DNA of 64,000 bases from Octopus sinensis (Eukaryota). Shown piece after piece: positions 40,663 to 53,349 of the stretch (its first letter is position 1; every line of letters begins with the position of its first letter). The stretch covers positions 107,446,001 through 107,510,000 of the forward strand of contig NC_042997.1 of assembly GCF_006345805.1 (NCBI RefSeq), in the 5' to 3' direction. Made by a program: the position numbers and the translations under genes. The notes beneath the pieces are model-generated. The model was not told where the DNA came from. It searched no databases and saw only the letters and a list, made by a program, of their open reading frames with translations.

Positions 40663-41042
40663 TAAAAAAAAAATATATATATATATAATGTGTATGGGAT
40701 ACTTTTGGTCTTTTGTCACCTCAAACCTACGCAAATTCTTTATTTCTTTAATTTCTTTAATTGCTGAACACAGCCAAGCCCATGCTGGAGTACCACCTTC
40801 CCTGTTTAATGTGACTATTGTCTGTCTTAATCCAATAATATAACTGCGATGTAATCTGCAACCATTAAAAAATCGGTTCAAATACTACTTGGAAAAGAAT
40901 GGGAAAAATAACCTGTGGGCCAGTTTTGTCTACTTAACATACACCTCCTCGTCCTCGTCCTTCTCCTCCTCCTCCATGATCATCATGATCATGATCAGGA
41001 TCATCATGATCATGATCATGATCATGATCATCATCATCATCA

Positions 41043-41210
41043 AGGCGGCGAGCTGGCAGAATGGTTGGCACGCCAGATGAAATGCCGAGGCCGACTTTGC
41101 TTTTCATCCTTTCGGGGTCGATTAAATAAGTACCAGTAACACACTGGGATCAATGTAATCGACTTAATCCCTTCTCTCAAATTTGAGGCCTTGTGCTTCC
41201 AGTAGAAAGG

Positions 41211-41282
<72 letters not shown>
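41043..41282 (+). mobile_element. tRNA-derived SINE with (TTA)n tail, internally deleted
   Basis: ggcggcgagctggcagaa head, ttcatcctttcggggtcga core, (TTA)n tail. Confidence 0.7.
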
Positions 41283-41285
<3 letters not shown>

Positions 41286-41783
41286 TAGTTTTATTTTTAT
41301 AGCGTGCTTTCACTTCACTACCGAGCGCAGCTCTGTGTGCCTTGGGTATGTGCTGTGATTTGTTGTGATGCTTTGTTGGTTATTGTATGGAAAGTGCTCT
41401 GCGTAGGATGTGTGCAGTGCCTAGTAGTGCAATTTTCTGTATGTTATATGTGTTTGTAAGTCCTGGTGTTTTTGTTATGTATTTGTCTGAATATTTTTTT
41501 ATCATGCCCAATGCACCTACTATGATAGGAATTGTTTCTGTTTTTAGATTCCACATTCTGGTTACCTCTATTTCCAGGTCTTTGTATTTTGAGAGTTTCT
41601 CCATTTATTTTAGAGACACGTTGTCATCTGCCGGTATTGATACATCAATTAGAAAGCATTTTTTTTCTTCATGATCTCTGACAACTATATCTGGTCTGTT
41701 GGCCTTAATTTCTCTATCTGTGTGTATCGGCATATCCCAGAGTATGGTTACTTTCTCGTTTTCTGTGACCTTTTCTGGTGTGT
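41283..41783 (-). mobile_element. Dong-like RLE retrotransposon 3' end in (TAA)n
   Basis: NRPDIVV, EKLSKYKDLEIEV, TIPIIVGALG; flanked on both sides by (TTA)n. Confidence 0.88.
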
Positions 41784-41793
41784 ATTATTATTA

Positions 41794-41836
<43 letters not shown>

Positions 41837-41870
41837 GCTGCTGCTGTTGTTGTTGTTGTATGTATGTATG

Positions 41871-41904
<34 letters not shown>

Positions 41905-43134
41905 TGTATGTATGTATGTATGTATGTATGCATGCATGTATGTATGTATGTATGTATGCATGCATGCATACATGTATGTATGTATATATGTATGCATGTT
42001 TGCCAGGTGAAGAAGGGCAGCTAGAAACCCAGCCGGCCTAAAATAAATTTCTTTCAAAATGACGGATGACCTTAAGGTTCAACGACTATCAAGCAATAAG
42101 ACGGGCAGGTAAATATTCCGAGTTGGTGCCCGGCGTGCTTGAAAGCCACTGGGAGCGGGCATTCTTCAGCTTTCATGAAAGCATGTTTCTAGGAGAAGGT
42201 CACTCTGTTATAAAACCAGATATGCAAGGAATGGTATCAAACATTTTGGAGGTTATTTTGCTTGCGCTTCAGATAATGGCGCTCCCGCATTCCTGAGCCT
42301 GTGACCCATATTGGCGCTGAATATCTTGCGCTGGTTTCTCCCTGGATCATGTCAGTAGGGTCTGTGAGGTGTTGTGCAAGCCACATTGGACCTAAAAGCC
42401 TTATAGGACCTAAAACCGCCGGTGAGACTACTTTCCGATGCCCTGTTGAGGAGCAGGGCGTCGCGGCGAGCATGGAAACCGCGGGCGCGAAATCAGGTGA
42501 AGCCGATTGCTGGTGCAATAATCTTATGAACATACGTTGCTGATATTTTGCATGGGCATTCGGTCACGAGTGGACAGCCAATATGTAAATATGTGGTGGA
42601 ATTCCAGTTTGACGATAATCACTTTTTCATGACAGGTATATGCCCGTAGCAATGTTAGCTACTACTTTTAGAATGGGCCCCTGATGATTACCTAACCCTG
42701 ATTTAATTTTAATTTCGTTTTTGCGACAAATGGTGTGTGATTCATAATGCCATGCATGATATAGTCATTGAAGTAGACCGACAGCGTAACCCGTGCCAGT
42801 AGAAATTTAAACTATTAGAGGTTTTACAAAATCCGACGCTGATTTCTGTTCAGTTCTTAGGAAAGTGAATGGGTTATTTCTCTTGGGTGTTAAAATGAAA
42901 TATATTAGATATTCATAAGGATCCCTTCCAGAGGCCCTATTATCGATTTTTTAAAACAATCTGAGCATGCCATGAGGTTTCTAGACATGAGTTTTACTCA
43001 CGTGTCACGTTTCATCAAAATCGATTAAATGATGTGGGTGGAGTTAGCTAACAACTCCACAAACACACCCACAGATAGGATTTTAGAATTTCCCACATAT
43101 GTAGTAGATATATACATTCATGCATGTGTGTGTA

Positions 43135-43190
<56 letters not shown>

Positions 43191-44129
43191 TATATGTATA
43201 TGTATATATATTATATATATACATATACATATACACACACGCAAACACACACATATATATATATATATAAATTAAATAAGAGATAAAACCACTATTAGGC
43301 AACTCAAACAGTGATAGACATAAACCAAAACATAAAAAACAAAAAATAAATATAATTGATATAATATACAAAATATATATAAAATATGGAATTTAAAATT
43401 TAAATTATTAAAATTTATATTTATAATTTTTTATATTTTTATATTTTAAATTTTAAATTTATATATTTTTAAACTTTTAATTTATTTATTTATTTTTTAA
43501 AACTAACCAAAAAGTATTAAAAAGTTTAATATAATATGATATGTAATACATACACACACATATATACATACATAATAAGAGAGGCAAGAGAATAACAAAA
43601 ATATATATGATACTGAATGTGAAGTACACAGGTTACTTGAACGTATTTTTCTATACGTATCCACGCACACGTGCACGCGCGCGCGCACACGCACACACAC
43701 ACACACATAGATGAAAGACATATTTTCCGCATAGAATACTCTTCATAGTGCTCGAGAGATTTAAACTTGCAGAGGCAGCGGAATAAATATAAGGATAAGC
43801 AAGTTAGGCAAATCAATATACAAAAAATATTTAATACAAAAAAAATGTACATGTTTACAGACAAAAATGTCTCACACACAGAATAGAAATGATAGCAGGA
43901 ATTAAAGGGGTTGAATAAGAGTTTTACGTGTCCAGCAGCTCTTATTTTTTCTTGGCGGGGGTGGGTGAGTGGACTTGGTTATCCCCAGAATGATTGTAAC
44001 TTGATTTCATTATCGGATACTACCAACTTCCGTCTTCAGGGAAGAATTTTACATTTGAGATGTTGAAAGAAAGGGGATTAAATATGGAGTCTCTATCTTT
44101 CACTTCTGCTTTTCACTATGTGTGTATGT

Positions 44130-45392
44130 ATGTTCTCTTCTGTATTTGATTATTTGAAGTCTCCTGTAAGAATGGAGCAGATTTTTTAAACAAAGACACA
44201 AAGCCCCATCGTTGGAATGTAGATAAGAAAAACAGTGTCATATTCTGAACTTGAGAAAAGTCTTGCATACTTTTACTGTTCCGCTTACAGACTATTTGTA
44301 AGGTGCATATTAAATTGGTAATTTCTTTTTCTGAAAACCCTAACATTTCCAGATTGCAATTTAGGCATTTATTCACAAAACCAAGTGCACTAATTATAAT
44401 TGGTATAATATAAAACCGCCAAAACGATGGGTCGACGAAATAAGACGAGCGTTTGGAGCTACGTGGATGAGTAGGGCACGATCTAGAGAGGAATGGACAG
44501 TGTGCTGTGACTAGCGGTATTGAAACGACGATCGACAGTCTGGTTGGTCAAGTTGGTCAAGGTGATAAATGTAAATTTATGATCTGTTTACAGAAACGGG
44601 AGGTTTCCAAGCAGTTGTCCATAGTTGTTACTTTTCTCTTTGATTTTCAAAAAGATATTCACATCAGCGGGAAAGCTGACCTCTATGACTTGTCTATCTC
44701 AAACAACAATATCCGGTCTGTTATGTTTACACTTGATACAAGTTTTGATAGGGATATTCCGTCAAAATTCTTTGTGTTGATGTGTTCAGTAACAGAGGGA
44801 TTCTCTATATTTATCCCAAGACAGTCTTTTTTTCGGATGGCACTGTTTTAGCGACAAACGTTAAGTCGCATTGGGAGGTTGTACTTTGAGGGCATTTTGG
44901 GCAGCCGCTAATCGCACATGTGATGTCTTCCACAGAAACGTGGCATAATCTATTTTTTCGGCTGCATCTCCGACCGCCAAGGGCTTCGCTGCCTCTTTTG
45001 GGCAGCCGCTAATCGCACATGTGATGTCTTCCACAGAAACGTGGCATAATCTATTTTTTCGGCTGCATCTCCGACCTCCAAGGGCTTCGCTGTCTCTTTT
45101 GTTTATTATGTATTTCGTAGCGATCTGTTGCTTTTATATTGAAAATGCATAACCTTGGCAGTGGAATGTGATACAGAAGTTACAAATTCGAGAAAGGTTA
45201 CAATTCTTGTTGATATTAGCGTCGTCTTAAAGTCTTCGGGAAACATATCCATGCATAGTCTCTTTTTTCGTATGCTAAGCTTTTCACATCCTGGTCTTCT
45301 TTGAGGTAGTTTTGGGATTGTATGGGAGGTCGTCAGGAAGAAAGTACTTCATGAGAAGCTCATCGCCAAAACATAGGATGTTTTCTTCGCGC

Positions 45393-45393
<1 letters not shown>
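44130..45393 (-). mobile_element. R4/Dong-type RLE retrotransposon fragment in (TATG)n
   Basis: KHNRPDIVV and zinc-knuckle region; 3' UTR homologous to that at 37380-37495; internal 101-bp tandem duplication. Confidence 0.8.
44895..45096. repeat. 101-bp tandem duplication
   Basis: 44895-44995 and 44996-45096 are nearly identical. Confidence 0.88.
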
Positions 45394-45423
<30 letters not shown>

Positions 45424-45437
45424 TGTATGTATGTATG

Positions 45438-46636
45438 GGTTTATGATTTTTCCTTGAGGTTTATTTAAGTTCTTAAGGCAATTCAATCCGGTCGCTAACA
45501 AAACAACAAGACTTTTTGAGCCGAGAGAGTTCCCAGTATTTGTAGATATGTGGTTGAGCTGGTGTGCTGGTCGAACTGTCGATGCAGACACCCAAGTGTG
45601 TGCATCTGTTCACATAAGAATCTCAGCTGGAGAATCTTTGGAATGTCTTACAAATCTTCATTGTGCCACTATTAGAATGGATTTGGAGAAATCGCGTCAG
45701 TTTCTTTTGTCCATTCTCCGTGAAACCAAGTGTTTCTAGGTTTTTGGGCAAATTTATTGGTACAACACAACCCAATGCACCTATGACGATAGGTACATAT
45801 GAGATTTCATTTTCTGGGTACAAGAGCTGTAAGTTCCGCATTAATTCGCCATAAATGTTCTCTTTTTTCCCCTGACCTTTTGATTGTACATTCACACCTA
45901 CTGGACCTTTACAACAACGCATGACTTTTGTTTTTTGTTCCATAGAACAACATCAGGTCTGTTATGTTTGCACCGAATTGATGTTTTTATTGGGATGTTC
46001 CACCGGTATTCCTTGTTTTTAAAGGTGTGAATACCTGCTGGTTCTGACATGCCTTTGATATATACATCAGGGCAGTCCTTCTTACGGGTAGTCCTTGCAA
46101 CTATATCATGCCTCAGGGGCAGGTAGTGTCTCGTAAACATTTTGGGGCAGACGCTGATGATATGGGTGTTGTCTTCCACACTGGTATAGCAAAAGCCTAC
46201 ATTTTTTTAATCAACGTGGAGGTTTAGTGGTATCTTTGTCCCTTTTGTTTATCATGCTTTTAATAGCCATCTTCTGTTCCTGGATAGTGAAAGCACACGT
46301 ATCCTTCTTAGTTGGGATGAAATATATCTATCGCAGATCTAGGAGAGGCTTCTCTTCCTGTCAGTGCTGTTGTTACTCCCTAGCTTACAGGATATGTACC
46401 CATGCATTGCTTTTTGCGGGTATGATGCCTGCTCCCCATCCAGGTTTCTGTTTTGGTAGGCCAGTCCAGCTTCCTTTGGGTCGCATGGGACATTGATATT
46501 CTCAGAGTAACGTCACAGTAGTTCTTCCCCAACTCTGAAGATGCTATTCTCACTTTCGAATATGCATGGAATATACTCATTTCTTTCTATTCTGTTCAGC
46601 GGGTGTTGTCTGAGTGATACAATGCGACATTCAAAT
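45438..46636 (-). mobile_element. R4/Dong-type RLE retrotransposon fragment in (TATG)n
   Basis: THIISVCPKM, HYLPLRHD, KHNRPDVVLW, YVPIVIGALG; (TATG)n on both flanks. Confidence 0.82.
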
Positions 46637-47329
46637 ATGTATGTATGTATGCATGTGTGTATGTATGTATGTATGTATGTATGTATGTATGTATGTATGT
46701 ATGTATGTATGTATGTATGTATGTATGTATGTATGTATGTATGTATGTATGTATTATGTATGTATATATGTATGCATGTTTGTTTGTTTGTATGTATGTG
46801 TTAAATCCTTTATTTATCGGAATCATAGGAGGGAAGAAGTGTCCGTCAATGCCAAAATTCTGTTAATCTCAAGGTCAACTTTTAACCTAGTGTTTGTGTC
46901 AGTCAGGGTCTTCCATTGAAGGTAACCTCGGAGCTATTTTATATTATTTTTAATGTTATATAAAACTTGTGAGATATGTATAAAACTGAATTAGAAAATT
47001 ATGAACTCATAGTAAAGAATACGAAATTTCTGCTTCCTTTTTTTGACGGTTTAGTTGGGTATTTTGAGGTAACTGTAACGGAAGTCTTTATTCAGTGTCG
47101 GAAGGTAACGGTGTAGAGAAATTCACTTTAGTCAGAGTTTTCTGAAATATCTACAAATAGAACCACTGGTGCCATCTTTTTGTAGATGTTTATGGTGTAC
47201 CAGAAGCTGTTTGAGGAGAAGTAAGAGCTGTGGGGGAGACTAGCTTAAAGAAATTGTCCAGCTTCAGTTGTCTGGTGGAGTTTCTTAATTCGTTCTGAAC
47301 TGTCGAAACAGTCATGGTTAAGGGTCAAT

Positions 47330-48260
47330 CTCGGGATCAGATGTTCCTGTGAAGTGGAGGGCAATGTCCATGAGGTTCCTGCCTTCAGACAATATTGACC
47401 TTAATGGTGCCATTTCTTCACATTCATTTTCTTCTATCTTGCTCTATAGTCGTGCCTACAATTTCTTTGGCACTTACTTGACAGTCAATCATCTTCATCA
47501 GTTTCCAGCCATCTCTGAACATCATTTTCAGTTGTCTCCTATGTGACACAATTCAAAATGTTGCACACCAAAAGTCATTTGTTTTAAATTCTTGAAAATC
47601 CGAGCCAGATTCAGTAATATTGAACAATTTCTTCTCTTTACCAATGACGCAGTTTTCGGTTCTCTTTTGATACCTGTAAAGATAAAAGATGCAGAAAATG
47701 TTGCAGCGGATTTTGAAGTGCCCTCTCTTATACTTTCTGTACATTCTTCATTTTCCAACACCACCTTCAGCAACAATTATCCCTTGGTCTGTTGGCTGAA
47801 GAATTGCAAAAATGTCAGGAGGCAGAGAGTTCGTTTCTATTCCTACTAACTTTCAGTATTAGAGTGACGAGCGACTTTGTCAAAAAGCAACGATGCCTTT
47901 GAATTACGAAGAGGAGTCTTTGGAACATCTGTCTTATTACTGCAAAGACAAAATGATTGAAGAACCAGTTAAAAGAATTCCTGAAGTAATCCGTACATTC
48001 TTTGAGTTATATATTAATTCCTTATATCTTAAAAAGGGCTGTAGCTTTTTTCTCTACCACCATTAGTTTCAGGTGATGCATGTCGTCAGCATTTGTATCT
48101 CAATAAGACCGAAATTCTATCCTTTTTAAGTTCATTCAACTCATGAAGTGTCTCCACTTAAAGATGCACCGAAATATTCCCAATGCCATATCTTTTTCTA
48201 AAACAACACAGCTACCCACCAGTTACCTTAACATGAGTTTCGCAAGTAAGTTTAGACCCG
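47330..48260 (-). mobile_element. Decayed hAT/Charlie-like transposase (tentative)
   Basis: Only vestigial motif similarity (TE..R...SK region); many stops. Confidence 0.35.
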
Positions 48261-49124
48261 AGACTCCGCCCATTAGCACCGCTAGGTCGCTGTTTACCGT
48301 ACACAGCCTTTTCTTAGTTTTCCTTCCTATATTGCTCAACGGAACATTTCTCTCTTTCTCCCCCCTTCCCCTTCCTCTCCCCATCTCTCGATTTATTTCC
48401 TTCTTAAAACAACGAAATTGCGAACCAATTTGAAATAACATTTTTTGAAAGACACTCTGAGCCATAATGGTCAGAGTGCTATTGCTATGATCTATGACTG
48501 TTCTATGTGATTACATATAATGAGGATAGAACAGGGTGGAAGTATGACTGGTTTGATTGCGAAATCGGACATCACCAGCTGGTCACTGAAGGTCATTAAC
48601 GGTGTCCATTCGGCTGCAAACTCCTTCAGTTCTGAAGGAGAAATAACACAATGAAGTGACCACCAAGTCCCATTTTCTTCTTTTATCTTTTCTCCTACAA
48701 ATCTCGAGTTTTCTCGTCAGAAGAACAACCTTTCTTCTCATTCATCAAGCCATAAAAAGCAACCCAGTGCTGTAAGCAGTGGGAGCTACGTATTATTGCT
48801 AAGTGTTTCACTAGCTTACAGTGTCTTAAATGACTGGTGGGTCATAAAAACAGGTGCCCTTACAAGCTCCTTTTACGAACAAAACAAAGATTAAGTATCC
48901 GGTGTTAATCCTGCAATCAATGGATTATTGCAGGATATTGTACTTTTTGTTTCACTAAATCTTATTGACGGAGAAACATAAATGTTTTTTGCCGTAAATC
49001 TATCAAACAAATGATTATACTCCGTATTCACGACAGAGTAGAGTATAACTAGTTTGTTAATTAGTGAATTGGTGGGTTAGTTATTACGGTAATTAATTAG
49101 TTAGTTAGTTACCTAGCTAGATAG

Positions 49125-49961
49125 CTAGATAGGTAAATGGATAAATAAATAGATAAATGGATAGATAGGTTGGTAGATATGTAGTGGATGCGTGGAGTTT
49201 CGGGTAGCACTGGGGCTTCGAGACCGTCTGCCATCTCGTCGAGATCGGCTGGTGCTTCGACGCTGGGGACTAAACTTTAGGGCTTGTATTTGGGCTGTGA
49301 GAATTTGTATTTGCGCAGCTTGCTGCGTCATTAATGCACGCAAATCCGAAATCTCTGAAGAACTGGTTTGTGCACGGAAAGGATTGGTACTGTGAGCGGC
49401 TGGCGTCACCGTCGATACCGTTGGATATCTGTGCGGTACTTCGGCTATTTTGTCAGCTAGCTCCGCCAGTTCTTCAAGGGATGTGTTTTCTCTGGTGGAC
49501 GCGAGAACAACCTGGGTATTGGAGGGCAGACGCTGGAGAAAAAGTTGCTTGAAGATTTTTTCTGGGAGCGTCTCATCTCCGAGAAGCTGTTTCATTCTCC
49601 GAAGAAGCTGGGACGGCGTTTTGTCACCCAATTCTTCCGATATCAGAAGCTGGTGAAGTCTTTTTTGTTGGGATTCTGAGGTTCTGTTTATTAACGTGGT
49701 TTTAAAAACTTCATATGAAACAGAACCGGGTGGTGCCATGATAAGGTCGCGTATCACGTTCGTTATTTCTGGTGACAGAGAACTGATAACGTGAGAAAGT
49801 CGAGCCGCATCGCTCGATATTCTGTGAGAGGCAAACTGTGCCTCTATATGGTGAAACCACAATGTCGGGTCGTGGGTCCAGAATGGTGGAATTTTTAACG
49901 AGATCGCCGCTTGGAATGCCATGTCGATGTTGGCCGCTGGGTTTTGTTCCGGGAGATTCAT
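49125..49961 (-). CDS. Gypsy-type gag ORF, open, truncated before the zinc knuckle
   Basis: LKIPPFWTHDPTLWFHHIEAQF, ELGDKTPSQLLRRMKQL, LFLQRLP, LAELADKI, RSRS-rich tail. The last ~18 aa are read-through into flanking repeat. Confidence 0.85.
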   Translation of the reverse strand: MNLPEQNPAANIDMAFQAAISLKIPPFWTHDPTLWFHHIEAQFASHRISSDAARLSHVISSLSPEITNVIRDLIMAPPGSVSYEVFKTTLINRTSESQQKRLHQLLISEELGDKTPSQLLRRMKQLLGDETLPEKIFKQLFLQRLPSNTQVVLASTRENTSLEELAELADKIAEVPHRYPTVSTVTPAAHSTNPFRAQTSSSEISDLRALMTQQAAQIQILTAQIQALKFSPQRRSTSRSRRDGRRSRSPSATRNSTHPLHIYQPIYPFIYLFIHLPI

Positions 49962-50390
49962 TGTTTTTGTCGGAATTTTCAGTTGCTTCGTTGCTGGTGA
50001 TGTGCAAACTGTAATTCTTCGACGCGGTTGATGAAGCTGGTTCCAGGGAAGGCGCGATTCGTTTTACGGGGTCACCAAATGTAGTGGATGCGTGGATGTA
50101 TTAATAAATACATAAGTGCTTTGTAATAAATTAAAGATTTATTATCACTACATCAATTTGTAAGCAATGTTACACATCGCTTGTACAAAATGCATATTAA
50201 ATAGTGGTTGCAAATAATACATATTAAAGGAATGCATAATACAGGATACACATTAAAGCAGAATATGTTTGATGGTGCGTGTGTGTGCGTGTGTGTAAAT
50301 CATGCATGACAGAGTCACCTTTCTGAATATTCTTTCGTCGTCCTCATAAATGCGTGACGTTCTCTTAAACGTTGGTTCGGCTTCTCACTA
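49180..50390 (-). mobile_element. Internally deleted Gypsy LTR element: 5' LTR 50390-50080, tRNA-Trp-type PBS 50077-50067, gag, 17 bp of 3' LTR
   Basis: Minus strand ...CCACTACA tt TGGTGACCCCG. tgtagtggatgcgtgga occurs at both 49180 and 50080; gata flanks both ends. Confidence 0.8.
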
Positions 50391-51789
50391 GATACCTATT
50401 TCTCCGTTCTATTTATAACATCTCAAATAGCCAGAAAAATAGATATACCGCAAGAGTGTTATTGCGTACAGTAGGTCGCTGGTCGTCCTGTTAAACTTCG
50501 CCTGACCTGCTCGGGTCAGAGGTCGAAGGGAGACGATCCATCATTTTTTGTCAGAACAAAGAGATTCTGATTTCGCGCCTTTTTGTGCATTGGTATTTTA
50601 CGACCAATGATTCTTGGGTCTGATTTCGAATCCAAGCTTTGAGAAGGAAGTGCTAATTCTTACAGATATGTAGATAGAAGAATAGATATTTAACTGGATA
50701 GATATACAGACAGATAGAAAGAGATAAGATGATACATAGATAGGCAGATGGATAGTTAATTATATAGGTAGAAAGATAGATTAATAGATTGACAGATAAA
50801 TAGATAAATAACTAGCTAGCTTGATAGATTGGCAGATTAATTGATTGATCGATCGATCGATAGACGGGTACAGGTTTGGCAGAACAAGCAGGAGAAATAG
50901 GACTTAATACTGAGTATGTATATTCGGCAGGAAGTTACAAAAGTGACTCAAGGACCGAGAGTTTCGTTCACATATGATACTCAGCGAAACTTTGATTAGC
51001 AACCTTCACGAAATTCTGTTTCTTTTTGCTGATTAATAAATAGAGACAGATTTAGAGAGAGAAATATATAGGTTGAAAGATAGATGAAAAGAGATAGTAA
51101 TTACAATTAAACTGTCATGACTTCGGAGAACAAGATCTACAAAAGGATTCTCCTGAAGATTGCTTCAAGTGAAACCGAGGTCTCTTCCGAGATGTGAGTA
51201 AAACTTTACAATATCACAATATAGGTTTTTGTCGTTGAGTGATGTTTATTTCTTATGGCGGCCACATGATTACCCTGCTCCCTAGTCAACGCAGACCATA
51301 AACTGATACAAATGGTAAATGGTGAACGTAGTGGAAAGCATCAAGTGTAACTTAACATCAGCTAAGGACACTGTTTTATGATCTCAAAATACTTTTCTCA
51401 CCAAATAGGTTTTGTTGCATTGCTGATATTCACCGCAACTTGATAAATAAGCGCCTTCGTGTCAAAATGAACCATTTTCAAGCATTTGCACAAATGTGAG
51501 GCCATCGTGATATTGAATTTACTTCGCTGTTGGAAAGTACTAGACTTTGAGCCCAAGTATTCTTCGTGTTAAAAGAAAAACAGAACAAAACACTGCTTGC
51601 ATTTCATAGTCAAACCCAGAGACTTTTTCTCTGCATTCATTTACAATCCTTTTCAGTGTGAAATACTACTTCTTGAAATGGTCGATCCTAAGTCGAGCAA
51701 AACCATATGAAATAAGACGAAGGAGATGTGAAATATGCTTAGAGAAGTCACTCCAAATACGTCAGAGAGCAATCTAATTAAACCATAGA

Positions 51790-53340
51790 TAAGAATTAGC
51801 GATACACTGTAAGTATTTTCATAATAAATTCTTCAGCAGGTTCCTTAGGTAACTTTAAAACTATAGTGGTCAAGTTGGGTATGGTGCCTAAGGAATCCTT
51901 TGAGATTGAGTGCAGTTTCTTACTCTGTTCGTGTTGTCTTACAAGCTGTATCATCCAGTCAGTGTTACTTTGGATGTTCATTTTGAGTCTTATCGCAGTC
52001 GTTTTATAGGACATTTCAAGTATGGATTGAACCTCTGCCGCCTTCCTTTCGTGGGACTTTGAGCCTGTGGACGTCTGATTTTGGGTGGTGTATCTTGTTT
52101 AGTGCCAACAGTTTCCTGGTCTTTATGTCCGTACACTGGAGATCAATCAAATTCTAATTGATGACATTAAGACTATACTGGACAACCTGGTACCGCCAGG
52201 GTGCTTATGGCTGTACTTCTATTCTGAGAGTTCAGTTCAGTATTCAGGACCATCCTGACACGTCTATAATATTCTTTCCTGATCTTTTCATTGATCCGTG
52301 TTGAATCCTTTCCCTTCGTATATCCCAAGATACATATAGAAGTCTTCTTGGTCCAGGTTCTTGATAGACATATCATGATCCAGTTGGGTCGTTTACCACG
52401 CTGTCAGCTTACCACGTTTGAACGAAACTTTTGCACACTTGTCAAGGCCAAATTCCATATTGATGTCATCACTGAATTTCTTCACAGTTACTAGTAGCCT
52501 TTTCAGATCCTTGTCATCTTTTGCCTATAATTTCAGGTCATCCATTTAGAGCAAGTGTGAAATGAACTTGTCAGACATTTTGTAACCGTAATTTGTTCTA
52601 TTCAGCTCGTGGACAAGGGAATGAGGGAGAGATAGAAGAGGAGAGGGGTGAGTGAATCGCCCTGGAATATCCCACGATCTATTTTGACGTTTTCATGTCA
52701 CATACGAGCCTTTCTCGAGGTTGAGAAACAATTTTGCGTTCCTCAATCCCATAATGTGCTGTAGGAAACCTTTTACGATTGGAGAGATCTTCTATATATA
52801 TTCAATGCCTGTCAAATACTTTACAATAGTCAATCCATGTTATTATTATTTACTTTTATCACAGGTTTTGTTGGAACTCCTGGAGTCTTGCATGCGTAGT
52901 GGGCTTGCTACCTGCAGCCTACGGTACCATGCTAGCTGTTATTTTCAACTATTTAATACTTTTCTGTTTATTAGGCAAACCTTTTGTAACAGTTCTACTG
53001 GACACTCTATTCCAATTTACTTTTTATTCCTCTTGATGCCTTTTGACACTGTTCCCAAGGACCCAACAATAATTGGCACTATCTTCATCTCCTTCATTTT
53101 TCATAGCCGGGCTATTTTGTATTTAGGAGAGTTGTATTTATATATTTTTCGCTTTCCTTCTTGACTATTCGTGGGTCAAAGAGGCACGCACCATCACCTA
53201 CATAGCACATGTGGTGCATCGTGTCGACCACGACTAGGTCTGGTCTGTTATGCTCTAGCACCTGATCTGTTTGGATTGGGAAAGCCCAGAAGATTTTGCA
53301 AGTTTCCAACTCCGCCATTCCCTAGCCCCACCCACTTTTC
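51790..53340 (-). mobile_element. Two decayed R4/Dong-type fragments
   Basis: IFQGDSLTPLLF, MDDLKL, ELNSQNR...LAVP at 51790-52760; HNRPDLVVVD at 52960-53340. Confidence 0.7.
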
Positions 53341-53349
53341 GCACAGTTT

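Noticed and set aside
40915-41139. His/Asp-rich ORF (HDHD repeats)
   Set aside because: Derived from a (CATGAT)n/(CAT)n microsatellite next to a SINE.
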